Below, one piece after another: positions 40,420-53,612 of a stretch of DNA of 64,000 nt. Source of the stretch: Octopus sinensis (taxonomy: Eukaryota); assembly GCF_006345805.1 (NCBI RefSeq), contig NC_042999.1, positions 123,938,001 to 124,002,000 on the forward strand, read 5' to 3'. Numbering within the stretch: position 1 is the stretch's first letter; each line of letters starts with the position of its first letter. The position numbers were made by a program, and so were the translations under genes. A model generated the notes under the pieces. It was not told where the DNA came from, did no database searches, and was given only the letters and a program-made list of their open reading frames with translations.

Positions 40420-40825
40420 CATCTGATATCATTTGATTTCCTAACAATATGAATACATTTGATTTCCTAACAATATGATCTGGAAGTACATGAGTCCAGT
40501 TGTTAGAGAAAGTGTAAACGCTTGTCTTTTGCAAACCACCATTCTTTTGGTCAGTGCAGCAATTGTTTGGAAAATGTATTGGAAACTCTTCAGTATCCAA
40601 CTATGATCTAGATCTTTTCTTACCACCAAGCCTTATCAATTTCTTATCACAACTACTGATACAGGGCAAATGATTATAAAGGCTGATTTTTTATTGCAGA
40701 TCAGTGGTGCTAAATTCACCTCCAGGTGCCAGAACTTTGATGTTCAGTCAATTCATGTAGAACCCATCTATTCAACTTACACTTTTCCAAAGGCAAATGG
40801 TAGGAAAAAACATTGAAGATACCAT

Positions 40826-41075
40826 GAAGGCACGTGGCTTAGTGGTTAGGGTGTTGAACTCATGATTGTATGGTTGTGGTTTCAATTCCTGGACTGGGTG
40901 ACGCATTGTGTTCTTCAACAAAACACTTCATTTCACATTGCTCCCGTCCATTCAGCTGACAAAAATGAGTAATCCTGCAAAGGGCTACCATCCTGTCTAA
41001 GTGGGGAATATATACACCATGAAACAAGGAAACCAGCCCTTAAGGGTCAGTATGAATCAAGAAGGTAACTTCGCC
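40826..41075 (+). mobile_element. tRNA-derived SINE
   Basis: A-box TGGCTTAGTGG and B-box-like GGTTTCAATTCC. Colinear with 17930-18172. Confidence 0.8.
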
Positions 41076-41914
41076 TTGACCTATTGAAGATACTGCCAAG
41101 TCTGCTCCAAGTTGCCAAAACTGCAGCTCAAAACTTTCTTTCCACTAATTCTCTAAACAGGTTTTCTTTCAAGACACATTTCAGGTCTGATCCCCTAATT
41201 TAAATCTACTTATGTTCATACACAAATTTACTAATTGCCCACACAACTACATATATGTAAAGACAATATATGAATTATTGATTAATTTCTCTAGGAATTT
41301 AACACTTCTCACTATAGTCAAAACAAGTTCTCAAATTCCACTTCAAAGTGTCTACAGTACTTTGTTATATAAAGCAGGAAGAGAAACAAGTATCCTATAT
41401 TGTAGTAAACACAAGTGAAATAAATACTACAAGCTTTCAAATATGGTATCTAGTGGAAAAGCCCATGTATTAATAGGAAGATATTCTAAAATATTTCTGC
41501 TCTGAATTGATGGTTAAAACAATACAATCCTTATAATTGTGACTCACTTGTATTTGCAAAGTACACACATTTCCTCTGATCTAGACAATTATGATATTGG
41601 TTCTTCAGAAGTTCCAGAGCAATCATTGGTTATCAGTATGCTGAAGCATTACTGTAAATCATTTTAAGATCTCTCCACATTTTGACTTTTTATTCATGTT
41701 TGTTTTATTTTTATTTTTATTTTTTTTACATGGTGTCATTTTGTTTTATCAAACTTATTTTTTTCTTGTTTGTTTTCTCTTATGATATTGATTTCTTTTA
41801 TCTATACACAAAGATAATGGAGGACAGAGTACAGTCAATTGAATTTACCCCCAATAATATTACTGGCACTTACTTGATTGATTCGGAAGATAAAAGTTTA
41901 AATAAATGACTCAC

Positions 41915-41946
41915 CTTCTTCAAAACAAAAATGTTGAAGAAAGAAA
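41915..41946 (-). CDS. Candidate 32-nt exon
   Basis: ctcactgcatttag|...GAAG|gtgagt. Open as FFLQHFCFEE (phase 2-1) or SFFNIFVLKK (phase 1-0). Both frames join 39856-39896 in frame. Confidence 0.38.
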
Positions 41947-42195
41947 CTAAATGCAGTGAGTGTCATATACTACTTCACTTTCTGCCAGTCTTAATAGGTG
42001 GTTATAATGATTTCATTTCACATTCATCATTAGTGCTTTCGAAAAACTCTTTTAAGGGTTTTAGAAAAGTTATGAACTTTGTCCCATACTTTCCTATAAC
42101 CCTTTGTGGTCAGTCAAAACAAATCATTACTAATCACTACTAATGATGACACTTTTTATTGTTGGAGTTTGGAGTTTTAATAATCAGAACTAATT

Positions 42196-42246
<51 letters not shown>

Positions 42247-42249
42247 ACT

Positions 42250-42422
42250 AGCCACTACAAATTCTTTCTTTTCTTTCCCTGTTTCCTTCAGTGTTCTTTT
42301 CTGTGGAAGAGCGTAGGCTGGAAACATTAAAGACTTTTTCACTTCCTAAGCATTAGACTAATACATCTGTTTGTTGTCTACATCACCTGTCTTCGTCTTT
42401 TGTTTTTTTTATGAATTCTCCC

Positions 42423-42425
<3 letters not shown>
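42250..42425 (+). mobile_element. About 180-bp repeat embedded in microsatellites, with a decayed hammerhead-like motif
   Basis: Homolog of 19475-19655. The motif at 42297-42332 reads TTTT-CTGTGGA-AGAGC(GTAG)GCTG-GAAAC-ATT-AAAG. Confidence 0.55.
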
Positions 42426-42517
<92 letters not shown>

Positions 42518-42634
42518 TAAAAATAATGATAATGATAATAATAATAAAAAAGGGTAAAATTAATTAATTAATAATTAATAATTTTACCAAGTAGTTCGGT
42601 GTGTTAAAAGAACCATTGTCGGTAAACTTATACA

Positions 42635-43245
42635 AAAATTTTATAATTATGAGCATAATTATAATTAGGGTTCAGCAAAATTTGCTTCACCACATACTGA
42701 AATTTAGAAATAGCAGTTGAAATACTATTCTGCTACCATAAGATATCTCCCAGAAAGCAAAACTCAGTAACTCATGCAGGTAAAGAGAAAAAAATAATGA
42801 ATCCACCCGGCTTTGATTAACTACATATGCATTTCAGGGTTAAAGAGATGTAAAATCATATTTCTACTCACTTATTCCCTTCCTCAGTGCAGTATTTCAA
42901 GTTTTAAATTTGAGAGCATTGATAATTGACATAAGTACTCATTAATTATCAGTGCTCTCAAATTTAAAACTTGAAATACTGCACTGAGGAAGGGAATAAG
43001 TGAGTAGAAATATGATTTTACATCTTTTTACATCTCTTTAACCCTGAAATGCATATGTAGTTAATCAAAGCCGGGTGGATTCGTTATTTTTTTCTCTTTA
43101 CCTGCATGAGTTGTAGAGTGTTGCTGTCTGAGAGATATCTTATGGTAGTAGAATAGTATTTTAACTGCTATTTCTAAATTTCAGTATGTGGTGAATTAAA
43201 TTTTGCTGAACCCTAATTATATTTATGCCCATAATTATAAAATTT
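42635..43245. repeat. Long palindrome (arms ~295-300 bp, 16-nt loop)
   Basis: 42635-42927 is the reverse complement of 42944-43245, with few mismatches and one short indel near 43021. Confidence 0.95.
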
Positions 43246-43633
43246 GTGTGTGTGTATATAAATATATGTATGTATGTATGTATAAATAGGTAAATGGATA
43301 TGTAAGTAAACAGATAGATAAATAGATAGATAGATACATAGGTAATATGGACAGACAAGCACACACACACACACACACACACATACACACATACATGTAC
43401 AAAAGAAGACTGGAATACATAACCATATACACACATGCACACTGACAGACATGCGCACAAAGAAACATACAAAAAGAACGCAGTTCCGATAACAGAATCA
43501 ATGACTATTGAAGAGGCTGCAAGAAGCAATGATAATATTAGAAAAAATAAATATGTAAATGAGTGGAAATTGAACCAGTGCGTGTGTTAATTAATAAGGC
43601 ATTAAAACAGAATGACAATCCCCAGACACAATA

Positions 43634-43673
<40 letters not shown>

Positions 43674-43964
43674 CAATATACAACCTCACAAGTACATTTA
43701 TGTATTTATATATCTGTATATTTATATATTTTTATATTATATCATGTATATATATGAGTGTACCTGTGTATGCTGTGAAGTATTCTGATACTTTGAAATA
43801 TATTAAGCGAATATGAACACTGACCTTTGAAATTTCTTTTCTCTTTCTTGACTTTATATTCCTGATGCTCTATTAGAGCACTAATTAGTTGTGCTTTATA
43901 AGGGGATAATTATCTTATTTATTTCTTAATTTATATATATATATATATATAATTATATACATAA

Positions 43965-44009
<45 letters not shown>

Positions 44010-44059
44010 CGTATGTATGTATGTATGTATGTATGTATGTATATGTATGCATGTAGTTA

Positions 44060-44530
44060 TATTTATGTGTGGGTGTCTTTGTGTCCGTGTTTGTCCCCAC
44101 CACCACCATCGCTTGACAACCAGTGTTGGTGTGTTTACAACCCTGTAACTTAGTAGTTTGGCGAAAGGGACTGATAAAATAAGTACTAGGCATGCAAAGA
44201 ATAAGTCCTGGGGGTTGATTTCTTCAGCTAAAATTACCTTTAACCCTTTCGATACCAACCAGGTTGAAACTGCCTCTGGTTCCGTAGTACAAATGTCTTG
44301 TTTTCATAAGTTCTGAATTAAAGTCTTCCATCAAACCTTAATCACAATTTATGGTCCTAACATTAGCTTAATGATAACTAAGTTATTTTACTAAATTCTT
44401 TGTTATATTTAAAATTAATTGAAAGAAACAGAGAGCATCTCAACAGAAATATGGTAACGAAAGGGTTTTAGGTGGTGCTTCAGCATGGCTGCAGTCAAAT
44501 GACTGAAACAAATAAAAGAATAAAAGAACA
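44060..44530 (+). mobile_element. 3' half of a tRNA-derived SINE interrupted by a MITE
   Basis: The SINE body stops at ...CAGCTAAA (about 44233) and resumes at GGTGGTGCTTCAGCATGG (44471). Confidence 0.8.
44240..44470. mobile_element. piggyBac-type MITE
   Basis: Inverted ends TTAACCCTTTCGATACC and GGTAACGAAAGGGTTTTA. Confidence 0.75.
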
Positions 44531-46489
44531 GGATCTTCATCTCTTTCAGAATGCTATTTACACTTATCTAGTATAGATTGTAGCTGCTGTACATAATGAA
44601 CACGGATGATCAACATGCACATTGTCTATGAAGTGTGCCTGTATACTGTAATGAGTGTGTTATGGTTACATTTACTATTATGCAGTCATCATCTTGTGGA
44701 AATCAAAAATAAAAACAAAAAAATTTCTCAACAACAGATTCTGGCTGAAACATGTCAAGTGTACATTGTTTTAAAATGAAGGAAGTTAGAGTGATTGTTA
44801 ACTTGCAATAGATAACATTGATCAGTTCAGATCATGGTTTGCCAATAATGCATAAAACTACAATTTTTTTTCTAGTGATAAAATTGTTTAAGCTTGTTAA
44901 TTAAAACTAAGAGATTAAGAAGTTGTTTCAATGTTTTTAAATTGAGAAGCAACTTTAATAGGGTTAGAAAAAATAATATATCTTTTGCTTTTATTGCATT
45001 TCTATCATAATTCAACAGAATAAAGAAATCGGTAAATTAATCCTTAGTAGCAATAAATAAATAAATTCAATAAGTAAATAAATAAAATAGATAAGCATGT
45101 GCTGCAAGGAATATTTCTAAAATAAATTTTATTTTATTGTATTTTTTTTTATAAATGTGTATCTTTCTAATAATGATACCAAACATTTTAATGAAAATTT
45201 TCTCTTGGTTTTTAATTTTAACTGACTCTATTTACCAATTAAGTTGGTCTCTATGACCCTTGTCACAAATTGATCCAAAAGGTCTTTGCATCAACAACAT
45301 AAACCTACAAATATAAATGAATTATTATTGCGGATCTAACTGGTTGTAGCATTTTTAGAGTAACAGACATTAAAAAAAAGAAAAAGTAAAAGAAATATTT
45401 TTTTATAAAGTTATAATGGAATAAATAACTAAAAGAAAATAAAAGTGATTATTGTGGAACTCAACAGGAAAAATGATACTGAAATTAACATTGCTCGAAC
45501 CGAATCATTAACTAAAGAGAAAGTACCCAAATAGAACTATAATAACAACACAGCAACATAGGAACAAATTGGTAATAACAGTAAAATACACTCAAAATTA
45601 TAAAAAATTGAAATTTAAAGGAATTTTTTTGAACCACTAAATAAAGTTGACCTTAACAAAAAACTCATGAACATGAACACTATTTTAATTAAAAACGTTA
45701 AATCTTGCATTTCAATAATTTGGTTGCAATTAAAAAATGGATTTAGAATTTAACAGCGAAACAAATGATTATAACTTTTGCCTGATAAATTATTTAACCC
45801 ACAATTTGCAAAATAATCATGTTTTAGCCATTTATGGACTGTCATATCAGTCAAATTTAAGGGAAAAAATCGACTGTTATTTCAATCTAATTCTCATTAT
45901 TTTGTAGGGGTTTTCACATTTAAAAGAATATTTCTTTGCTACATTTTTACTAAACTTAGAATTCTTACAACAATAAAATAATATTTGGTAAAATATGTGA
46001 TAGTTTTAACATAAGAATTCATAAATATTATTAATTCGAACTGGTAAGCTCATCAGTAAAACAGTTTATTCATGAATGACTGGTAGAGTGGGAATAATAT
46101 CAGCTGAATGAAAGGTAAATATCTACAAAATGAAGTTTTGAACAAATTAAAATAATTCTATAAACAAAGAGCCTTGACTTCTTAAGCTTGAACTGGACAA
46201 AATACAGAGGGTTGATTCATTCAATTTAAATAATGTAATGATAATTATTTTTAAATGTTTTTCATAGTAAAGTTAACTAATTGTGCGTAACAAAGATATT
46301 TTGTGTTGCTATAAAATAATTGCCATATGCATGAACGAGCTTGTCATTATCTTTCTTCCAAATGTTTTCTTCATCTTTAAATCCCCTATTTGCTCTTCTG
46401 GTCCTTTTATTCTTCTCCTTGATCAAGTTCAAAAGTGATTTTCTAACACTGTTAGTACAGTTCTTTTCAGTTAAATTACATCAGGTTAT

Positions 46490-46800
46490 GCAAAGACTAT
46501 TTCAAAATATATTATGCAAACCAATTATCTTCTTTCTGGCACAACAACAACAGTAAAGCCCATAAGTTGGCTAGCCATGTACAAGGTTTTAAAGCCAACT
46601 GTACACCACATACATGAGTGGAGAGTCATTGAGAAATCCATTCCATGTGTAAATGGATCTGAGAAATGCAATTTATGCATAGCTGAAAGAGCACATATTC
46701 GTTTTAGATCTAAGAATCCCATTGCACTTCTCAATGCCAGACTTGAAATTTTCAGCAAATGCAACTATATGGATGTATTTCTTTTGGCAAACTGGAGGAC
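46490..46800 (+). mobile_element. Penelope-like GIY-YIG endonuclease C-terminal relic
   Basis: FKIYYANQLSSF...KLASHV, then a frameshift to WRVIEKSIP...CNLCIAERAHI...LLNARLEIFSKC...FLL. This matches the CNLCxxEK...LNxRxExxxKC end of Penelope-like ORFs. Confidence 0.75.
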
Positions 46801-47680
46801 ACTGCCCTCTCCAGATTGGGCAGCTGTTTCACAGACTCTGGATCCTCTCCACTGAATTTTCTAAAAGAACTAGTTTTATTATCACTTTTATGGTCAAAGG
46901 GAACATAACTCTAATTTTCTTTTCTGTTCTTTTCTTTTTCTATTCTTATTCACACTTCCAATTTTTGCATCAACTTTCTTCTCATTTTTCTCATGATTTC
47001 TTATGTACCAGTATTCTGATTTTCAAAGAGAACAGACCATGTACTCAGAGCCAGAAGTTTGCTTAGAGATACACAGCATGCTTTTTTGAAAACCTACTTT
47101 GATGCATGTTTCCACAAAAAAACTTATTTGTAGCTTGTGCCTCAATTCTGTGAACATTAAATGATATATACATATGTGTATGTATGTATGTATGCACGTA
47201 TGTACATATGTATGTATGTATGTTTGCATGTATGTATGTATGTATGTATGTATGTATGTATGTATGTATATATGTATGTATGTATGTATGTATGTGTGTG
47301 TGTATGTATGTAGACAGAAATAATGGGCTATATACATTTATTTATTATAGGTTTACTGCTGTTTCAAATATGGATTTGAGTATGTTCATGGTTCAATCTC
47401 ATCAATTGATTGATTGACTGAAAATATAGGGAACTGTATTCATGGAGGCAGATTCTGTATAGTAGGATACTCTTCATGTCACCAACACTCACTTGTTTCC
47501 AAATAAGATAATATTTCCCCATAGCTGGGCATGCTTTCAAGAGAAGATGAAAAGAAGGGGCACCGCTTGTAAGCCAGTGATGTTCACTTGCAACAATCAT
47601 GCAATCTCATGACAAGGAAATACAAATACACACTCACATACACATGGATACATATATACATACATACATACATACATACA

Positions 47681-48300
47681 TACGAGGTGATATCAAAAAC
47701 TTCCTGGACTAGTTCTGTAGCACACCAACAGATGACAGCACTCAATTGCCTGTGCAGTGAGAACTTGTAGCGAACTTCATGAAGCAATGTACTGAGTGAC
47801 ATCAGTGTTTGCTTCGCATGTTGAGAAATTTGTGTTTTTGTGATCATGTGTTTGCTGTAAACTGTGATTTTGTCATTGAAAGAACAAAGAGCCAACATGA
47901 AATTTTGCATTAAACTTGGAAAATCTGCTACAGATTCATTGAGCATGCTTCAGCAAGCCTACAGTTATGAGGCTATGGAACATACACAAAGCTTCAAGTG
48001 GCATGGGCACTTCAAAAGCAGAAGAATGTTCCTGGAAGACAATGAGCGATCTGGGAGATTTGCCATGAGCATTATCCTGGAAATGTGGTATTGTGTATTG
48101 ATAATTCAACCCTTAGGGCCAGACTATCAACTGAGAGTTCTGTGACATTTTGAAGTGTTTTGAGGGAGGACATTTGGTGAGTGACTGGATCTGTGGAGTG
48201 CAAAGAATTGGATTCTTCAGGTCAACAATGCACCCTATTACTGTGCTCTGCTTACTCATGAGCTTTTCACCAAAAACAACATGGTAACACAACCCCAGCT
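47681..48300 (+). mobile_element. mariner (DD34D) internal-deletion derivative
   Basis: End TA-CGAGGTGATATCAAAAACTTCCTGGACTAG. EQRANMKFCIKLGKSAT...EDNERSGR is followed directly by GIV, and later by a W.L...NAP relic. Confidence 0.85.
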
Positions 48301-48449
48301 GATAATCATGAACTATAAGATAATTTATTCTAGCTTATCAAACTTCGATATGGAAAAAAAAAAAATATATATATATATATATTTTTGTTTGTTTTTTGTT
48401 TTTCCAGTTTCAGCTCTTGAGCTGTGGCCATGCTGGGGCACCGCCATTG

Positions 48450-48612
48450 TGGTGAAAGAGTACAGCAGGGATCACCACCCCCTGCCGGAGCCTCGTAGAG
48501 CTTTTTTTTAGGTGTTTTCGCTCAATAAACACACACAACGCCCGGTCTGAGAATCGAAACCGCGATCCTGCAACCGCGAGTCCGCTGCCCTAACCACTAG
48601 GCCATTGCACCT
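48450..48612 (-). mobile_element. tRNA-derived SINE with a well-preserved Pol III head
   Basis: GAGGTGCAATGGCCTAGTGGTTAGGGCAGCGGACTCGCGG...GGTTTCGATTCT: A and B boxes followed by SINE body rather than a tRNA acceptor stem. Confidence 0.8.
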
Positions 48613-49120
48613 CTACTATATATATATATATATATTTTCGATTCGATTTATTATTGTTATTACTAGTATTGTTGTTATACATACATACATACAAGCATAT
48701 GTAATGATAATAATAAATGGATGTAAACACATGACCAAAATAAGAATAAACAAAAACAACAACAACAAAATCAAAATACAAATTACATGAACGTATATAA
48801 ACAGAAGATACAAATATTACAGACATCCCCCCACATACACACACTAAATAAACATAGGCACACATAGAGATATAAGCATGCGCAAATGAAAACATACAAT
48901 AGAAATACAAAATGGCTGATGGTTAGTAAGGAGAGACACAAATAAGAAAGAAGAAAACAAAGGACCACTGATGCGGTCACAGGAGTGTGACGAAAGAACT
49001 CTGGTCGAAATAAGATTAAGATTAATGTAAAAAATAAATAACACTGAAGCAAAATAACACCAAATATATAGTGCGTGTGTTTTTATTGGCTAAACTGGCA
49101 ATATGACCATTCCGAAATAT

Positions 49121-49170
<50 letters not shown>

Positions 49171-49852
49171 GTATATGTGTATATATATACATTGCCAGAT
49201 GAGACTGGGCCTGGTGCAGCCTTTTGGCTTCCCAAACCCCATGCTAGCATGGAAATCGGATGCTAAATGATGATGATATATGCATGTATGTAGGAATATA
49301 TGTATGCATATATATATTTCAGGCCACATTTTGTACTATTCTATTTTATTGCTATTTCTTCCTTTAGTTAAGGATATGCTCCATCGTACCGTACATAGCA
49401 CTGATCTACAGCATCTGAGACACACTACAGCTAACCCCAGATACATGTTTCAATAACAAGCAAACTCTCTGAATGAACTGCCTGTGCAAATAAACTAGAT
49501 AAATATCTACATATTCAACAGAGCTGTGTCACTATTATATGATATAGTAGTCTATTTATCTACTTATGCAACGGTACAGAAATTCACATATATTATGCAA
49601 GTCTGTATGAGTTAGAACATTAATCCGTAATAAAAGCTTTGTAAATATTTAAAATTGTTCAAGCTTAAAGTAGTTATTATCTCTATCAAAGGAACTAGAC
49701 TTCAGAGAGTAATCAGAAAAACCAAATAAATAGCATCATAAATTTGTTATAAAGGGAATACTTAAATTTGTTGAATTTTGAAGAAAATTAGTGATATAAA
49801 TAACTTAAATGTGGAATTTTTGTTGAGCTGAGTCAAGATTTAAATAAAATAG

Positions 49853-50350
49853 TTAAGGCATGGCTGCATGGTAAGAAGTTAAGGCATGGCTTTGTGGTTC
49901 CAAGTTTAATCACACTGTGTGGCAGGTGTCTTCTACTATAGCCTCAGGCCAACTAAAGCCTTGTGAGTGAATTTGGTAGACAGAAACTGAAAGAAGCCCA
50001 TCATATATGTGTTTGTGTGTGTTTTAATGTGTGTGTGCTTTTGTGTGTGTGTCTTTGTGTGTATATGTGTCTTTGTGTGTGTGTGTATGTCTGTGTGTGT
50101 GTATATCTTTGTGTGTGTGTGTGTGTATGCATTTGTGTCTGTTTCTGTCTCTCACCTCCACCACTTGGCAAGTGGTGTTGGTGTGCTTATGTCCCTGTAA
50201 CTTGGCAGTTTGGCAAAAAGACTGATAGAGTAAGTACCAGTACTTTAAATAAATAAGTACTGAAGTTGATTCATTCCACTAAAATTCTTCAGGGCAGTGC
50301 CCTGGCATGGCCACAGTCTAATGACAGGATCAAGTAAAAGAGTAAAAGTA
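49853..50350 (+). mobile_element. tRNA-derived SINE with an expanded (TG)-rich core
   Basis: Same family as 24408-24865. Confidence 0.85.
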
Positions 50351-50496
50351 AAAAAAAGAAAAGGAAGGGAAAAAACAAAAAGTCAGTGCCTCAATGGCTG
50401 GGCTATTCTTTTTGGAAAAACCTCATTACATAACTCCTTCTATGAGGTTGAAAATAAGTAGCATTCTCACAAAGTAGTTAGATGGCTAAGTTTAAA

Positions 50497-50945
50497 CTCT
50501 TTACTCTCTTTTACTCTTTTACTTGTTTCAGTCATTTGACTGTGGCCATACTGGAGCATGGCCTTTAGTCAAGCAAATCGACTCCAGGACTTATTCTTTG
50601 TAAGCCTAGTACTAATTCTATTGGTCTCTTTTGCCGAACCGCTATGTTACGGGGACATAAAAACACCAGCATCAGTTGTGAAGCGATGCTGGGGGAGACA
50701 AACACAGACACAAAAACACACACACATATATATACATATACATATATACATATACACGATGGGCTTCTTTCAGTCACACAAACATATATATACATATATA
50801 CGACAAGCTTCTTTCAGTTTCCGTCTACCAAATCCACTCACAAGGATTTGGTCGGCCCGAAGCTATAGTAGACACTTGCCCAAGGTGCCATGCAGTGGGA
50901 CTGAACCCGGAATCATGTGGTTGGCTACTTACCACACAGCCACTC
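50497..50945 (-). mobile_element. tRNA-derived SINE, inverted relative to 49853-50350
   Basis: Same family as 25052-25440, with a small internal duplication around 50760-50815. Confidence 0.88.
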
Positions 50946-51374
50946 TTACACCTATAGATATTTGTACTGTGCTTTAACAAACCTCAATGCAAACATTCAA
51001 ATGCTCAGTAAGTCTCATATCTGTAACATCAGTCAGATGATGATATGATATAAAATCATCATTATCATCATTTAAAATCCACTTTTCTATGCTTGTATGG
51101 GTTGGATAGAGTTTGTTAAGGTGGATTTTCTATTGTTGGTTGCCTTTCATGTCACCAATCCTCATCTGTTTCTAAATAAGGTAATATTTTCCCTTGACCA
51201 GACATGTTCTCAGGGAAAATTGGAAATGAGGAGGGACACGATTTTTTGCATGATGGTGACATCCGTTTACAACTGTCACAAGAAGTCAAAGCAAGGAGAC
51301 AGTAACACACAAACACACATGCACACACAGACACACACACACACATATATACATTTATATATATATATATATAT

Positions 51375-51534
51375 ATATTTAAAATACATCTACACTCTCA
51401 GAGTAGTTGGTATTAGGAAGGGCATCCAGCTGTAGAAACTCTACCAGATCAGATTGGAGCCTGATGCAGCCATCTGGATTGCCAGTCCTCGGTCAAATCG
51501 TTCAACCCATGCTATGGACGTTAAATGATGATGA
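51375..51534 (+). mobile_element. RTE-type 3' end whose (GAT)n tail is the Helitron target
   Basis: ...GGACGTTAAATGATGATGA ends at 51534, and TGATGAT resumes at 54449. Confidence 0.8.
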
Positions 51535-52462
51535 TCTCTTATTATAAAAGGCAGATTTTATCTGCCTCCCTTTGTCAGTTATAGAAATCTACAATATAGG
51601 ATTTCTTCAATTACAATTTACCTAGCATTTTTAAGAGTAGAATGCATCGGGTCATGCCAGGTCCAGTTTTTCAAATTTCAACTCCAATTAAGCAAAATTT
51701 ACAGAAAACTCACATTCTGGTGTGTATGTCAAATGCTTTTCTTAGTGTGGGTTAAAGCACACGCATACGCAAACACACACAAACGGAACGAACCATTTCA
51801 CTGACGCTATCACCCTAATTTCTCCTTTCTCTTTGCAAGTCTACATTACAACACTACTCAAAAAAAAAGAAAGCAGCAAACAGAAACAAATAAATACATA
51901 ATGATTTACTCCTCACACAATTTCTTCAATTAGACTTTACCTATGATTTTTCAAAGAACTTTCATTGGGTCATGCCATACAAAATTTCTTTCAATTTCAC
52001 CCCCAATTAAGACAAAATTCAAGAAAACTCAATATTTTAACATTTCACTTTGAAGCCTTTACTCTGCCTATTACTCCCACTTCCTCTTTAGACACATAGA
52101 CACGCTAATATATACGACAGTGTCAATTGTTGACAGACATTGTAAGCTAACGTGTGTGTGTGTGTGTGCGTGTGTGTCTGTGTGTGTGTGTGTGTGTGTG
52201 CGTGTGCGTGAGGGTGCGTGTGTGTGTGTGTGTGTGTGTGACAGGGACGACCCATTCAGACTGGTCATCCTTTTTGCTAGAAGATCACCTATGCTACACC
52301 ACTGGTTTTCAGTTCATATTAATCAAATTAATATTCACAAGAAGAAGGACTATTCATTATAATACATCAGTTCCATCGGACAACTGCACAAACATTTGCC
52401 ATTTTACACATGTATGTAAACAAATTCCTTTCTTTTAGAATTTCAATTCATTTATTTTTCAA

Positions 52463-53612
52463 TTCATACAAAGTTATTTAGGACCAATATAACATCTAAA
52501 GTTATCTCTAAGAAGCAGAAAGATCGCCCAAAAGTGTATATAGATATTTAAATGTATTTATATATTCATCTATACACACATGTATGTATAACGTGTTTGT
52601 ATATATTTCCATAGAGGTAACCATTCACTCCGCACAAAGTTTTTTAGGACGAAAATAACATCTAAAGTTATCTCTAAGTAGCAGTCGCCCAAAAGTGTAT
52701 ATAGACACACACATGTATGTATAATGTGTGTGTATGTATTTCCATAGAGGTAACCATTCACTCCATACAAAGTTATTTAGGACGAATATAAGATCTAAAG
52801 TTATCTCTAAGAAACAGAAAGATCGCCCAAAAGTGTATATAGATATTTAAATGTATTTATATTTTCATCTATACACACATGTATGTATAATGTGTGTATA
52901 TATTTCCATAGAGGTAACCATTCACTCCATACAAAGTTATTTAGGACGAATATAAGATCTAAAGTTATCTCTAAGAAACAGAAAGATCGCCCAAAAGTGT
53001 ATATAGATATTTAATGTATTTTATATTCATCTATACACACATGTATGTATAATGTGTGTGTATATATTTCCATAGAGGTAACCATTCACTCCATACAAGT
53101 TATTTAGGACGAATATAAGATCTAAAGTTATCTCTAAGAAACAGAAAGATCGCCCAAAAGTGTATATAGATATTTAAATGTATTATATATTCATCTATGC
53201 ACAGATGTATGTATAACGTGTGTGTATATATTTCCATAGAGGTAACCATTCACTCCGCACAAAGTTTTTTAGGACGAAAATAACATCTAAAGTTATCTCT
53301 AAGAAGCAGAAAGATCGCCCAAAAGTGTATATAGATATTTAAATGTATTTATATATTCATCTATGCACACATGTATGTATAACGTGTGAGTATATATTTC
53401 CATAGAGGTAACCATTCACTCCGCACAAAGTTTTTTAGGACGAAAATAACATCTAAAGTTATCTCTAAGAAGCAGAAAGATCGTCCAAAAGTGTATATAG
53501 ATATTTAAATGTATTTATATATTCATCTATACACACATGTATGTATAATGTGCGTGTATATATTTCCATAGAGGTAACCATTCACTCCATACAAAGTTTT
53601 TTAGGACGAAAA
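52463..53612. repeat. Tandem array of about 7 units of 164-166 bp
   Basis: The marker CATAGAGGTAACCATTCACTCC occurs at 52610, 52743, 52907, 53071, 53235, 53401 and 53567 (spacings 133, 164, 164, 164, 166, 166). Confidence 0.95.

Noticed and set aside
48540-48612. Possible tRNA gene (also at 40826 and 17930)
   Set aside because: A and B boxes are present but the sequence runs into SINE body with no closing acceptor stem.
52463-53612. CRISPR-like appearance of the 164-bp and 26-bp (61007-61732) arrays
   Set aside because: No unique spacers, no cas genes, and a eukaryotic context. These are plain tandem repeats.
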